DNA of 64,000 nt from Hydrolagus affinis (lineage: Eukaryota), in contig JAAILG010001240.1 in assembly GCA_012026655.1 (NCBI GenBank), positions 1 through 64,000 on the forward strand, written 5' to 3'. Every line of letters begins with the position of its first letter. The first letter of the stretch is position 1. Position numbers and translations under genes: made by a program. This document shows, piece by piece, positions 1 to 10,809 of this stretch. The notes under the pieces were generated by a model. That model worked only from the letters and a program-made list of their open reading frames with translations, was not told the origin of the DNA and did not search any database.

Positions 1-243
1 ATGCCTGTGCCCAGGTTGTGATATTTCAGTGTGGTGACTGTGCAGACCTGGCCTGGAGCAGGTAGGATTGGCGTTTTTATTCCTGCAATTTTTGTCACAT
101 TCCGGATTCCGGAACTCCGGACCTTTGGCTGCTCAACCTGTACACCCAAAATGTTAGCGCCAGGAACCGCTGGGAACTAAACTGATGTTAGTGGGGAGGC
201 TCAGGTCGGGGTGGTGTTTTGGCTGCTGCCAAATACAGTAATA

Positions 244-326
244 CAGTTAAACTCTCACTTAACAAAATTTTCACTTAACGAAGGGATTTAAAGTCCCGAA
301 CCCCTTCGTTAAGCGGGGTCTACCTG
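244..326. mobile_element. Small Tc1/mariner (Tigger-like) MITE
   Basis: TA|cagttaaactctcacttaac ... gttaagcggggtctacctg|TA: imperfect TIRs with TA TSD. Confidence 0.6.
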
Positions 327-699
327 TATATTATTTTATTCCGCTTTGCAATATTGCAAAATATAAGTTTATCCTAACTTTTGATCCATAATGAAATAAG
401 TATTCTAACTGCTGTATAACTATATTGTGTTTGCTTAAGAACGCTCTCTTGAATTAATATTGCTTTTACTTTGGATTCTTTCGTTTTACTGTAAACCAGA
501 ATTAAGCAATTATCCATCAAAGTCCTGAAACCTAATCTTGATGTTTGACTGGTCCCTGCTCTCTCTGACTCTTCTCAAGTTTTGGTGGCGTTTTGCACTC
601 AATATAAAGAATATTCCCCCCAAAAGTGTAGTTATTTTGTACTTTCTTTCCCTCTCTATGATTAATATAGAAGATATTTTCTTCTGTTATTTTATACAG

Positions 700-844
700 G
701 TGTCCGGTGGTACTACTACAGAGCTTGTGGAAACTTTGAAGACCATGGGCTACAATAAAGCACTTGATGTAATCCTTAAGGCACTGACCAACTCAGAAGA
801 CACAATATCAGAGGAAACGGAAACTGTTAACCCAGAAGAGAGCA
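700..844 (+). CDS. NFKB1: NF-kappa-B p105 penultimate coding exon (end of death domain)
   Basis: ttttatacag|GTGTCC...AGCA|gtaag; translates VSGGTTTELVETLKTMGYNKALDVILKAL..., matching the p105 death-domain C-terminal helices (human [25 protein letters not shown]). Confidence 0.92.
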
Positions 845-1997
845 GTAAGAACCATTCTCTGTATTCATTCATAGCTACAATAATTTACATTGATATAGTG
901 CTATGTCAGGATTACTAGCACTCTACGTATATATATATATATATTTACTAGCACTTTATACATTTATATAATGCTACGTCTCCAAGTGCTTAACACAACT
1001 GACTGGGAGCCGACACCTCCGGGGTGGGGTGGTGGAGGGTAAGACCATGTTAGTGACCAAAAGTGCAGTGATAAAGATAGGGCTTTTGTTTTGAGGGGGG
1101 GTGGGGAGGTGGGGGAGGTTAATTCAAGAAGTGATTTTGAAATAGTATAAAATAACAACAGATTACATTACATTTGTATAATAGCGTCTTTCATGTCAGG
1201 AGGACGCCCCAAGGGGCTGGATAAGGCATGAATAGAAAATATACAACTAGAGTTTTTTTTGCTAAAAGGGTAATCAGATTGCGGACGTGTGGTGAATCTC
1301 TTTAGGATCACATTGACACTAGTATTACATGCCAGGCAGTGGCAGTTTAGGATCCATAAGATCATACGAATCAGGAGGAGTAGGTCATTCAGTATGTAGA
1401 AGAGATGCATGTCACCTACCCGTGGACATTTCTGAGTATCCAGAATGGAATGCGCAGTTTCTCTGGGCTTAAACCGCAGTTTGCCATTGAAAGCATCGTC
1501 TTGTGAGCTTCCCATTGCTTGTCCAACGGGGAGCAACATAAACCTTGGCTTTCAAGGTTAACAGGAGACAAGTTGGATGAATCCCTGCCCTGGGCTGGTC
1601 CTTCAGAACCTTGCTTGGCAGTGCCCTGGAGTCCTACAGACCTCCCTGGTCAGGAACCAAAAGCAGTTTGATTTGCACAAAAACATGGGAGTCAGATCAA
1701 CCCCAGAGACTTGGCTGTGCTTTCCTCCAGCGAGTGCACATTTACAGAAACATTTAAGTGGCATATATTTGTGGAACTCGTTTTAGATCCTCTTAAACAT
1801 GGTGATGGGGTTCCACATTTGTCAAAATAACCATTAGCCTCTAAAAAAAAATCAGTAACTTCTCGATCAAGGAAATCTGGCAGTTCAGAGGTGATATGTG
1901 TAGGATTCGGTAAGACCAAAAATTCCTTGTCTCTGATTAGCTAGATAATTGTAATAGTATTTATACAATGTATTTATATGACTTTTTTTTCCAACAG

Positions 1998-2107
1998 ATG
2001 TTCAAATTCAACCCAAACCCCAGCAGTGTGATAGTGTGTGTGACAGTGGAGTAGAAACATCCTTCAAGAGGCTGAGTCTTTCATCTGAATCATTCAGCAA
2101 CAACTAG
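1998..2107 (+). CDS. NFKB1: NF-kappa-B p105 last coding exon (PEST region with DSGVETS IKK/beta-TrCP degron)
   Basis: ttttccaacag| acceptor, phase compatible with the preceding exon; reads ..VQIQPKPQQCDSVCDSGVETSFKRLSLSSESFSNN-TAG (human DSVCDSGVETSFRKLS). Confidence 0.92.
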
Positions 2108-2790
2108 GCTTCCCTTGGTCTGCAAGATCCACACGGCTCTGCCAACCCCCAGTGAAAGCTAAACAAACAATGTTGCCTTTGTGTGAATTCACACTAGAAA
2201 ATATCAACCTGGTTGTAAAGTTATAGAAATGATCAACATAGCAAGCTCGGTTATGAACCTATTTTACAATACCGTCGTCAGATTTAATATTTATTTGAAA
2301 TATTTGGCTGGTCAGTTCATCGGACTATCCTGATAGGTGTTCAAATCTGGTCAAACGGTAAATTGGCCAACCAACTTTAGTTCTACTTTTTGTTTTAAAA
2401 AAAGTTTTTTAAAAAAAACGCAAAAGAAATTCATAACTGTGAAGTATCCAGCAACAATAAAAACTATTCATAATATCTCAATAAACATATTTTTCATGAA
2501 CAAAGCAAGCTCCATTCTGAGGCTACTTGTATTTGCAGCATTTTCCCACTTAAAAGTTTTATTTGCAGACAAATTTAGTAATAATGCAGTTGAGATTTTT
2601 TTAAAATGCTGATAAAAATCTAAATCATGAGTTCCTTCAACCATAAACTCTTTCTAAATGCATATTTGTAAATAATAGTGGCGGCTGATTGTTACCAAAT
2701 AGTCAAGAATGTTTATTTTTGCTTCAAAGTTGTACTTAAAGATTCTTAGCTTTTTTTTACACAATAAATGACCACCTACTTTCTTCCTGG
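2108..2790 (+). other. NFKB1: NFKB1 3' UTR (probable)
   Basis: AT-rich sequence after the stop; AATAAA at 2763-2768 followed by a GU/U-rich tract (ggttgtgttgttttcc) at about 2789-2804. Further AATAAA hexamers lie near 2456 and 2480. Confidence 0.6.
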
Positions 2791-2810
2791 TTGTGTTGTT
2801 TTCCTTTTAT
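2763..2810 (+). terminator. Polyadenylation signal (AATAAA + downstream GU-rich element) of NFKB1
   Basis: acAATAAAtgaccacctactttcttcctggttgtgttgttttcctttt: canonical hexamer with DSE spacing. Confidence 0.6.
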
Positions 2811-3889
2811 TTGGGAAATTGAAGCAGGAATCGTAAAATCACAAGAAATCTTCAGATGAAGGGTGACTATACAGACGGCCCTCCAACTCATTTGATTTTT
2901 ACTGTAGAATACCTACCATTACAGCATTGAGATGTTTCTTCATTGTCAATTATGCTTCATGCAAAGAAATACGTTTGGTATATGTTCTGAAATTACTCGT
3001 TTCAAGATCTGAACTTGTGCCTATTTGTCCCAGATCCTCAACAATAATCACCTCCTTCATCCTATTTCCCAACCACTCCTCCATAATGCTTCCCTACCTC
3101 AAGTGAAAAATAAAGTAAAAATTTGGAGATTAAACTGCTATCCAGATCTGTCTGGTGTACTCCCATTTCATGTGCCTTTACTTTAGTCAGAGTATAACTA
3201 CAATTTTTAAAAACTTTATTTGCTCACAAAATGACCCAAACGTCTACATCTAAAAATATCAGATTTTTGCACATTTCATTTATTTCTGTAAACATCTGAT
3301 AGTTTATGTATGATATTTAGTTACATCACTTGTTGAGGCTAGACAATAAATTCATTCACAGTATTTTTATTTAAGTTCAATTATTGCAGTTTCAACAACA
3401 CTTTATGGCTTCAGTTAGAACAGTTTTGGAATGCATCAACACACATTTAATAGATAATTAACATAAAATTTATATCCTCACACAATGTACTTGTAGCTTG
3501 ACATCCTTCTGACATGAAAGGCACTAGTACAAATGTAATTTTGTATTGTATATTAATTATCCAGAGTCAAAGATTATTTTTAAAAATACATTTTCACAGT
3601 GAGAATATACTGTACTAACAATAAAGTGACTTTATTATGAGTCAGACTCATTTGTTAGGTATTTGGCAAAGTTAATTTAAAAAGCCACCCTTTGGTCACT
3701 TTCTTTTAAACCATTTTAACTCCACCCCTGCTGCAGATTGTTGGCTTTTGCCACTGGAGCTGGGAAAGATGAGGTGCTGCGGGACACATTGGGTCATCTC
3801 CAGGCCCAAAACATCTTGGTTAAAACTGAAATGTGCTGGTAAGAATGGCCATGAATTCTACACACATTGCCCCAGCGCAGCACATCAGG

Positions 3890-4127
3890 TGCCGTGTATA
3901 TTCACCCCTGCAGCCGCTGTGAGTGAGGATTCTGATTGATTGGTGCTGAATTGGGAAGGTTTGGGGTTGTGGATTTGCACCCATGACAAGCTCAGTGCAA
4001 ACGGATTAATTAACATTATTTCACTTACATTCAGCGGAGAAAAGGATACTTTCATCCAATCACTGGGTTGGATTCAAACCCAGATACCAGAGGTGAATCC
4101 AGCTTTGAGCGACTGACTGAACCAATG
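3890..4127 (-). mobile_element. Ancient LF-SINE-like fragment in probable MANBA 3' UTR
   Basis: Minus strand ttcacctctggtatctgggtttgaatccaacccag...gaaagt...gtgaaat...tccacaaccccaaacc...caattcagcacc resembles the LF-SINE 5' half as I recall it; not aligned computationally. Confidence 0.4.
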
Positions 4128-4995
4128 AAAATTTGCACGTTTTGAGATTGTAGTTCTGTGGTTATCACAGTACAAAGACATTTAATAAAAGTAAATTTGA
4201 TCTGTTATACAGAAATACCTGTATTTTGGGGCACAGAATTAAAGGAACCATTTTATTAAGATGGTTGCAACATTATATCCTTTAAGGAACAGTAGGATGA
4301 TATTGAAAGGTATTACAAATTATTTGAATCCACAGGATATGTTTTGATAAAATGGTAAAAAAAAATGGATCAATCAGAGCCCTGAACAGGTGACTGAATT
4401 GGTATGGCTTGTCCTTCAACAAGTTATTGCTGAGATTTGACTTACAGAGAGGTTACAGTAATATTTCACTGCAGACTTGAATGCTCATCAAACTTACAAT
4501 ACTTCTCGCAAAACAAAAGTCACTTTGAGTGGCTCGGTGGAACGGGAAACAATTTTGTATAAAAAATATAGTCTCTGAATATTTAAAAAATTTATATTAA
4601 AACACATTCATCTAATATATTTGATGATCTAAAAAAATGTGGGATGAGTGGAAGATAACAACACATCTATAAGAACTGTAAAACTATAAGACTTTGCCAT
4701 GATGAAAACTATATGCCTCATTTGATATTCATTGATATAATTTTACACATTCAACTCTTGAATGAAGTTTAAGAAAATAATACTGAAATGGAAGGAAACA
4801 CACATATTGGTTAAGAGGACATTAGTAAATTTGTTTCACAAAGCCTCAATTTTTTTGCTCTAATTCTGACTCGACAATTTTTGATTTGGGTTATAAATGT
4901 ATCGAGGCTTGATGTAAATTCACAAGCTTATTTTCTTTTAATATGTCCCTTCCTTTTAATCCAAGTAATGACTTAGATGTTAGCGTAATAGATGT

Positions 4996-5226
4996 TTACT
5001 TCTTGTAAATATCAATAAGCGATCGCACACGGAGGGCCTTGGTCAGCTCAGAGATGCTGGTCGGGCACCAAGGATAAAAGGTCACAAGCTTTGTTTTTTC
5101 AAGCATGAGAAATCCATTGTCATCAAATCTTCCTGAGACGTCCCCGACATCCAGCCAGACATAGGGGGCAATACTTGTACTGTGCAGGGTAACAGTAAAC
5201 CTTTCACCGTGCTGACTGATGGTAGC
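4996..5226 (-). CDS. MANBA: MANBA exon 17 (terminal coding exon)
   Basis: atttag|ATISQHGERFTVTLHSTSIAPYVWLDVGDVSGRFDDNGFLMLEKTKLVTFYPWCPTSISELTKALRVRSLIDIYKK-TAA. Confidence 0.96.
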   Translation of the reverse strand, partial: ATISQHGERFTVTLHSTSIAPYVWLDVGDVSGRFDDNGFLMLEKTKLVTFYPWCPTSISELTKALRVRSLIDIYKK

Positions 5227-5428
5227 CTAAATAATGGGGGGAAAAGGACATGGCTGTAACATCTCTTTAGAATCTAATCAAAGGCAACACTTACTAAAGC
5301 AGAGCTGCCAACCTTCGAGGCAGATTTTCAGGAAGATTATAGTAATTTTTCAGGAAGGTTTGTTACATTTTCAGGAAGGAATTTTGTTATTTTGCCTCTA
5401 CCACTTCAGTATCAGCCAATAGTTAAGC

Positions 5429-5586
5429 CAGGGCTCGACATTAACAGGCATCCAGGCAGCCTGGACACCTGAATTTTGGCGTTGGGCGCAAAACAAAGTT
5501 ATGATCTACAACACACTCGGGCACCTTGAAAAAAATCTGAGGGTCCAGTTGGGCCCCCGAAAATAAAGCTTTAGTATGGAGCACTG
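5429..5586. mobile_element. Degenerate hAT-like MITE
   Basis: cagggctcgacattaa ... ttagtatggagcactg imperfect TIRs; flanks gttaagc / ggtaagc resemble a decayed TSD. Confidence 0.45.
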
Positions 5587-5660
5587 GGTAAGCTGACCTT
5601 GTATTACTCTCTTTGGAGCTCCCATGCACGTGTGCGTATACTACAGTACAGCAGTGCAGC

Positions 5661-5722
5661 AGACACACAGACACACACACACACACACAGACACACACAC
5701 ACACACACAGAGACACACACAC
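5661..5722 (+). repeat. Imperfect (CA)n microsatellite
   Basis: agacacacagacacacacacacacacacagacacacacacacacacacagagacacacacac. Confidence 0.9.
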
Positions 5723-5769
5723 TGCATAATGCACACACCACTCCAGGAGGCTGAGCACCATAGTGTCAC

Positions 5770-5798
5770 TGCAGCTCTGCCGCCAGCAGAGGGCGCTG
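5770..5798 (+). promoter_or_regulatory. CTCF binding site (core plus upstream TGCAG module)
   Basis: ctGCAGctctgccgCCAGCAGAGGGCGCtg: near-perfect CCASYAGRKGGCRS core at 5783-5796. Confidence 0.75.
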
Positions 5799-5966
5799 TG
5801 AGAGCAGCGGCGGCGGCGAGGGTTTGGCAGACATCAGTGTGTGGGGAGGGGGTGGCTGACGCGATGACGTTTACCAGTGGCTGGCGGGGGTGACGCTGAC
5901 GCCGGTCGGGACGCGCTGACGTGTGAACGCTGCCGGCGAGGGAGCGGGAAGACAAGACGTCGAGTG

Positions 5967-6194
5967 ACAAAACACAAAATACTACAGATGCTGGGAATCT
6001 GAAAACAAAAACTGCTGGGGAAACTCAGCAGGTCAGGCAGCATCCATGGAGAAAGGAAAAAGAGTCAACGTTTCGGGTCTACAACCCTTCGTCAGGACTC
6101 AACTCTGACCAAGGGTTGCAGACCCAAAACGTTGACTCTTTTTCCTTTCTCCATGGATGCTGCCTGACCTGTTGAGTTTCCCCAGCAACTTTTG
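5967..6194. mobile_element. Palindromic Penelope-like-element (pLTR-derived) insertion with 13-bp TSD
   Basis: ~85-bp inverted arms (about 6010-6095 and 6105-6190) around a 9-nt loop; flanked by aagacgtcgagtg (5954-5966) and aagatgtcgagtg (6195-6207); carries the gatgctgcctgacctgctgagt motif and a hammerhead core. Confidence 0.7.
6062..6100 (-). ncRNA. Minimal (Penelope-type) hammerhead ribozyme
   Basis: Minus strand GAGUC-CUGACGA-A-GGGU UGUAG ACCC-GAAA-CG-UU^-GACUC: stem I GAGUC/GACUC, CUGANGA and GAAA cores, 4-bp stem II, palindromic CG stem III, GUU cleavage triplet. Confidence 0.7.
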
Positions 6195-7465
6195 AAGATG
6201 TCGAGTGGTTTCTACCTGCGGTACATGTAGTAACTATACGGGTGGTGCAAAGGGGGATTTAGCTTAAATTATGAAATGGCAACAAATCTGAAGTTATTTA
6301 TCTGGGATCGGGAGGGGGGGGAAGGGAGCGTGTAAAAGCAGAAGGCTTCCGCAAAAAACAGGAGGGTTGGCAGCTCTGCTAATGACATAGTTTTCAAAAG
6401 AAAGTGTAAGCTTCTGGTCTCTGCTGGGCACCTCGCAGATATATTCACATAACTGAACATCCTGTATTTGTAATTCCACATATGAATATGTATCGAAGCA
6501 CTTGACAGAAGAGCTTCAAAATTCTGCAGCAGCCATCAGCAGCCCCTTGTGCCTCCTTTACCACGTTTTTGCTCATTTCTTAACAAAATATATTTATTAC
6601 CTTGTCAACACACTCAGATACTAATATGAAAGTAAGCATCTTAGTAAACTGATGGGTGTTAACCAGTGCCGTACGATAATCAGGTAATGTGACTTGTGAA
6701 CTTGTGAATTCATTTAGGTGAATTGTCGGAATTGTTTTGATCTACTTGGAAATGAGGAGGTTCAAAGTAGACCCATGTTTTAAGCGAACGTACACTCTAG
6801 TGAGAAGCTGAATAATGATTCATCCTGTACCATAAATTTAGAATAGATCCTGAAATTGAGAAGTGATTCACTTGAAGTGGATCTCAGTGGGCCATGTTGT
6901 AGAACGTGTGTTGCCCAAGCTGAATGGCATTAAGAAATTTCAAACTTTAAAAAGACTTAATTTTTTTTAAAAAAAACCTCAGGACTATTACAAGATAAAA
7001 TGCAGACTATTCCATGACTGAAGAATGCCAGGTTTTATCATGTGTGTAGATAAAGATTAGCACACAAACAGAAATGAGAGAAGAACTGAGTACGTGATAC
7101 AAAAAGTATTTCACACAATGAATAGAATATTGGATTCTGTCCTTCCCCCTTGGATGTTGGATAATGTTAGCAGACTGTATTTAAAGTAAGATTGACAGTA
7201 GTTTACATGATAATGTAGTACAGTTATTCAGACTTGTATGAGTATCACCCTGACATTGTAAAGTACCCACACAATTTACATGATGATTAACTAAATGTAA
7301 AATGGGATACCAACCAGTAGAGGGCTCTATGTAATACTGTCTATTAAATTCAGTACGTTCAATAATTGTTTAACGCATTCAGTGGTCCTCATTTTGGCAC
7401 ATTACAATGAAATACTGTGAAGACTTTATAGTAGCAATGATGGATGAGATAATACATGTACTCAC

Positions 7466-7720
7466 ATTAATCTTGGGGGGTTTCAAAGTTGAAACGTGCT
7501 TTAAAGAAGAAAGAAAGTAGTGATTGATAGGTCCATATTTCTGGCCATTAACGTCAAAGTAAAACGTTACTACACAGCTCAACCGACTGCAACCACATTG
7601 AATCATCAGATCATCAGTGACTTTCTTGTAGATAGGGGAAGCGCTTCCTGCCTTAAGGGTAAAGGACTCAGTTGTGTGAACACATGCTGGGGCCATTTCA
7701 CTCCACTGGTAGATTTTAAT
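7466..7720 (-). CDS. MANBA: MANBA exon 16 (255 nt)
   Basis: ttgcag|IKIYQWSEMAPACVHTTESFTLKAGSASPIYKK...GPINHYFLSSLKHVSTLKPPKIN|gtgagt. Confidence 0.93.
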
Positions 7721-8061
7721 CTGCAACAGAAAAAGGGATAGTAGTCTGTCACAAACACTTGTACAATGTGTTGTACAACACAGATATCGTGGCTCACAAT
7801 TAAAATGAATAAGCAAACACATATGGAAATATATAGAGTAAGATATCCCTCCCCAACCGCGGGGTTACATTCCTCTAAACCTTAGTAATACATTCTGTGA
7901 AGATGCTACAGTAATATTTCTTACACTGTGTATTTTCAATTATTTACATTAAAAAAAACATGCATTTACACATGTACTGAAGTGCACTGTGCACCTCGAA
8001 CAAACTTCCATAAGTGGGAATTTAGTACAACATTTAGGATGCCAACAAAGTATTTGCAGTA

Positions 8062-8340
8062 CATCAGCTCAGCAGGCTCTGGCCTACTCCACATCCCCCG
8101 ACCCACCCGCCCCATCATTGGCGGGCGAGCCTTTAGTCACTCTGCCCCCAACCTCGGGAACTCCATCCTGCAGTCCCCCCGCCTCGTTCCCTTCCCTAAC
8201 CTCCTTCAAGTCCTGCCTCAAAATTCTCCTCTTCGATGGTCCCATTGGCAACTGCTAATCCCTCCCTTCTCAGCCCACTCCGTCCCCAGCTCGGGTTTGA
8301 CATAGTGATAGTGACTGTCCAGCGTCTTTATTGTTGTTGT
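8062..8340 (+). mobile_element. L2 LINE 3' end
   Basis: Decayed L2 ORF2 C-terminus (GGRAFSHSAPNL.NS..S.R...FKS.LK..LF) and (TTG)n tail. Confidence 0.8.
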
Positions 8341-8805
8341 AATGAACTTTATAGTCACTGCACACATTGTCACAGTCCTACAGCAGCAAAAACAGACAAA
8401 ACAACTGTTTTACTATGATCACAAACTGCAACAATACTGAATTGGAATCTATACACTTATTTATAGAAATTGAAATCTTTCCAATTTGGTTAATCAGATC
8501 CATTAAATAACCATTAATAACCATTGAAAAAAACATATTCAGTATGTACCCTCCCCTGATTATTGCCAATTATCAACATAGGCCTCGGTTTTGAAGCATC
8601 ACTCAGTTATTTTACTCTTCTGGTTGACAACAAAACAGGAAGAACATCTCTACAGTTTACAGTCCTTGCAAACTTTAAAAAAATCTTTTCATAAACTATT
8701 TTTTTTAAAATCTTTTCATAAACTTTTTCCTTGTCTTTCTGTTATAATAATCCTTGCATTTGATATAACACCTTATCAGGTCCCCGAGACATATCAAAGC
8801 ACAGA

Positions 8806-9180
8806 ATACAACAATAACAAAATGACATTTGCATAGCGCCTTTCACATCAGGAGGACGTCCCAAGGCGCTGGTTAGTTACTGCTTCAGACCTGAGCTGAG
8901 GATGGGGGCGTGTGGGATGGGGGAAAAGAGTTACCGATGCGTCCATCGAAGAGGAGAATCTTGAGGCGAGACTTGAACGAGGCCAGGGAGGGGGCGAGGC
9001 GGAGGGACCTCAGGATTGAGTTCCAGCGGTTGGGGGCAGAGTGACTGAAGGCTCGCCCGCCAATGGTTGGGCGGGTGCATCGGGTGACGTGGAGCAGAGC
9101 CTGAACAGAGGGAGGGGAGAGGAGATAAGGGGATAGGAGGTCATGTATGTAGGGTGGGACGAGGTTGTGAAGGTCTTTCA
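8806..9180 (-). mobile_element. L2 LINE 3' end
   Basis: ORF 8885-9181 GGRAFSHSAPNRWNSILRSLRLAPSLASFKSRLKILLF; (CAA)n tail at 8806. Confidence 0.85.
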
Positions 9181-9475
9181 ATGCGAGAAAATTGTGAAAT
9201 ATATTTTAAAACTGTATATTTTGTGGGCGAAATGTGGCAGCTAATTGCAAACAGCAGTGTCCCAAAAACAGCTGTGAATTGAGTGACCAATTTTTTTTGT
9301 TGAAAATTTATTACCCCAGGAAAAGCAATCCGCCAATCGAATAACAACCGGATTCCTACTTACTGTGAGGTAAACAGAGGTGTGTGGAGTAAGAAAAGGT
9401 GCCCAACATTTCGCCCTGCCGGGAATCCAAACCAGGTCCGAGGAGAGTGCTCTAACCATTGAGATACAGTACTCC
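9180..9475 (-). mobile_element. tRNA-derived Deu-domain SINE (long variant)
   Basis: Reverse-complement A/B-box head near 9420-9470 and gggacactgctg..caattagctgcc core. Confidence 0.7.
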
Positions 9476-10004
9476 ATCGACAATTTGTATAAAATTTCAA
9501 CTTCGTACAGCTTCCTGTCAAAACTTCACACGTCAACCCAATGTCAGTAACGTCAGCACCTGATTTCAAGGAAGGTCTTGCCGGTAATCGACACCAATTG
9601 GAAGAGTTTATGTTCCTTGTTTCAAGGATTGCACACTTGATGTTAACCTCATCATCATGAATCACTGTCAGTATTGAATTAATTGGGAAGAAATCGAGTT
9701 ACAACTCCAGCTTCATGGAGTGAGGTGGGAGTCAAGATCCACAGACCCATATAGTGCAATATTGCATTCAGATCATATTTCCTTTTAAACCAGGTGTGGA
9801 AGGTTCTGTCGTCTCCTAGAACTTTCACAACATCTTCCAACTCACATTATGTGGCAATTTAACTTCAGGCCTCTATTCCATTGCTATGCCGACCTATGAA
9901 AACTAGTTTCCCGCCACTGTAATATTCTGTGTTGCTTGTAGCTTAACATTCCAAATTACATCTGTTCTTTATTGGTTGTATGCTACATCTCTTGGATATC
10001 TCAT

Positions 10005-10250
10005 GGGATCCTGTAGCTCAGTGGTTCGAGCACATGACGTGCAAGCGAGAGACGTGGGTTTGATTCTAGGCAGGACTAAATCTTGGGCAAGTTTCCTTAC
10101 TCCACGTGCCTGATAATAATTTAAGCAATTGGCTGCTGCATTTCACCCACAAAATATGCAGTCAATTCTCTTTACAGTATATTCTGTGAAGCTCTTTTGA
10201 GACGTCTAGAAGATGTGAAAAGCGCTATATCAAATGCAAGGATTATTATT
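10005..10250 (+). mobile_element. tRNA-derived Deu-domain SINE (internally deleted)
   Basis: tagctcagtgg A box, ggtttgattc B box, L2-like tail ...gcgctatatcaaatgcaaggattattatt. Confidence 0.85.
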
Positions 10251-10809
10251 AGTTACACCCACATTATCTATTTACGATTTTTTTTCTTTGAAACTGAGGC
10301 TTACCTTGCGCTAGTTCTTTGCAATACTTTGGTTAAAGAAGGAGGATGTCCATACATACAAACCTTGTATGTCCATACAAACATGCTCTTTTTATTGGTC
10401 AAACACTGGCAAAATGTATTCAAAATCATTACAGTCACTAGTAGTGTATTAGCATTTAGAAAAATGCTCACAGACAACACTCCCAAAACTACAGGGCTTT
10501 CCCTCTGACATCTGAATGATTTCTTCTTAGAGTGCAACATGACACCTAACAAGTCATTTTTGTAACTATGGTTAGGATTCATATCACAAAACTTCCACGT
10601 TATCCTAATGACACAGTTGAACAATTTGACCTGAGAGATTCTCTATTACTTGGAAGAATGTTTTAACAAATTGATTATATAGATTCCAAGAGTAGACCAT
10701 CAAAATTGGAGACCATACCATAGAATCCTGTCTAATTTCTGTCCTTACATTTCCTTGGTCCCAATCCAATCTTACCTTTCACACAGTCTCTATAAACGGC
10801 TTCTCCTGC

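Noticed and set aside
2337-2612. Paired similar ORFs at 2337-2612 and 21197-21436
   Set aside because: Chance frames in the duplicated NFKB1 3' UTR segment; no ATG start and no recognisable protein.
5441-5970. Cys/Val- and His/Thr-rich overlapping ORFs
   Set aside because: Products of the (CA)n microsatellite and the GC-rich patch.
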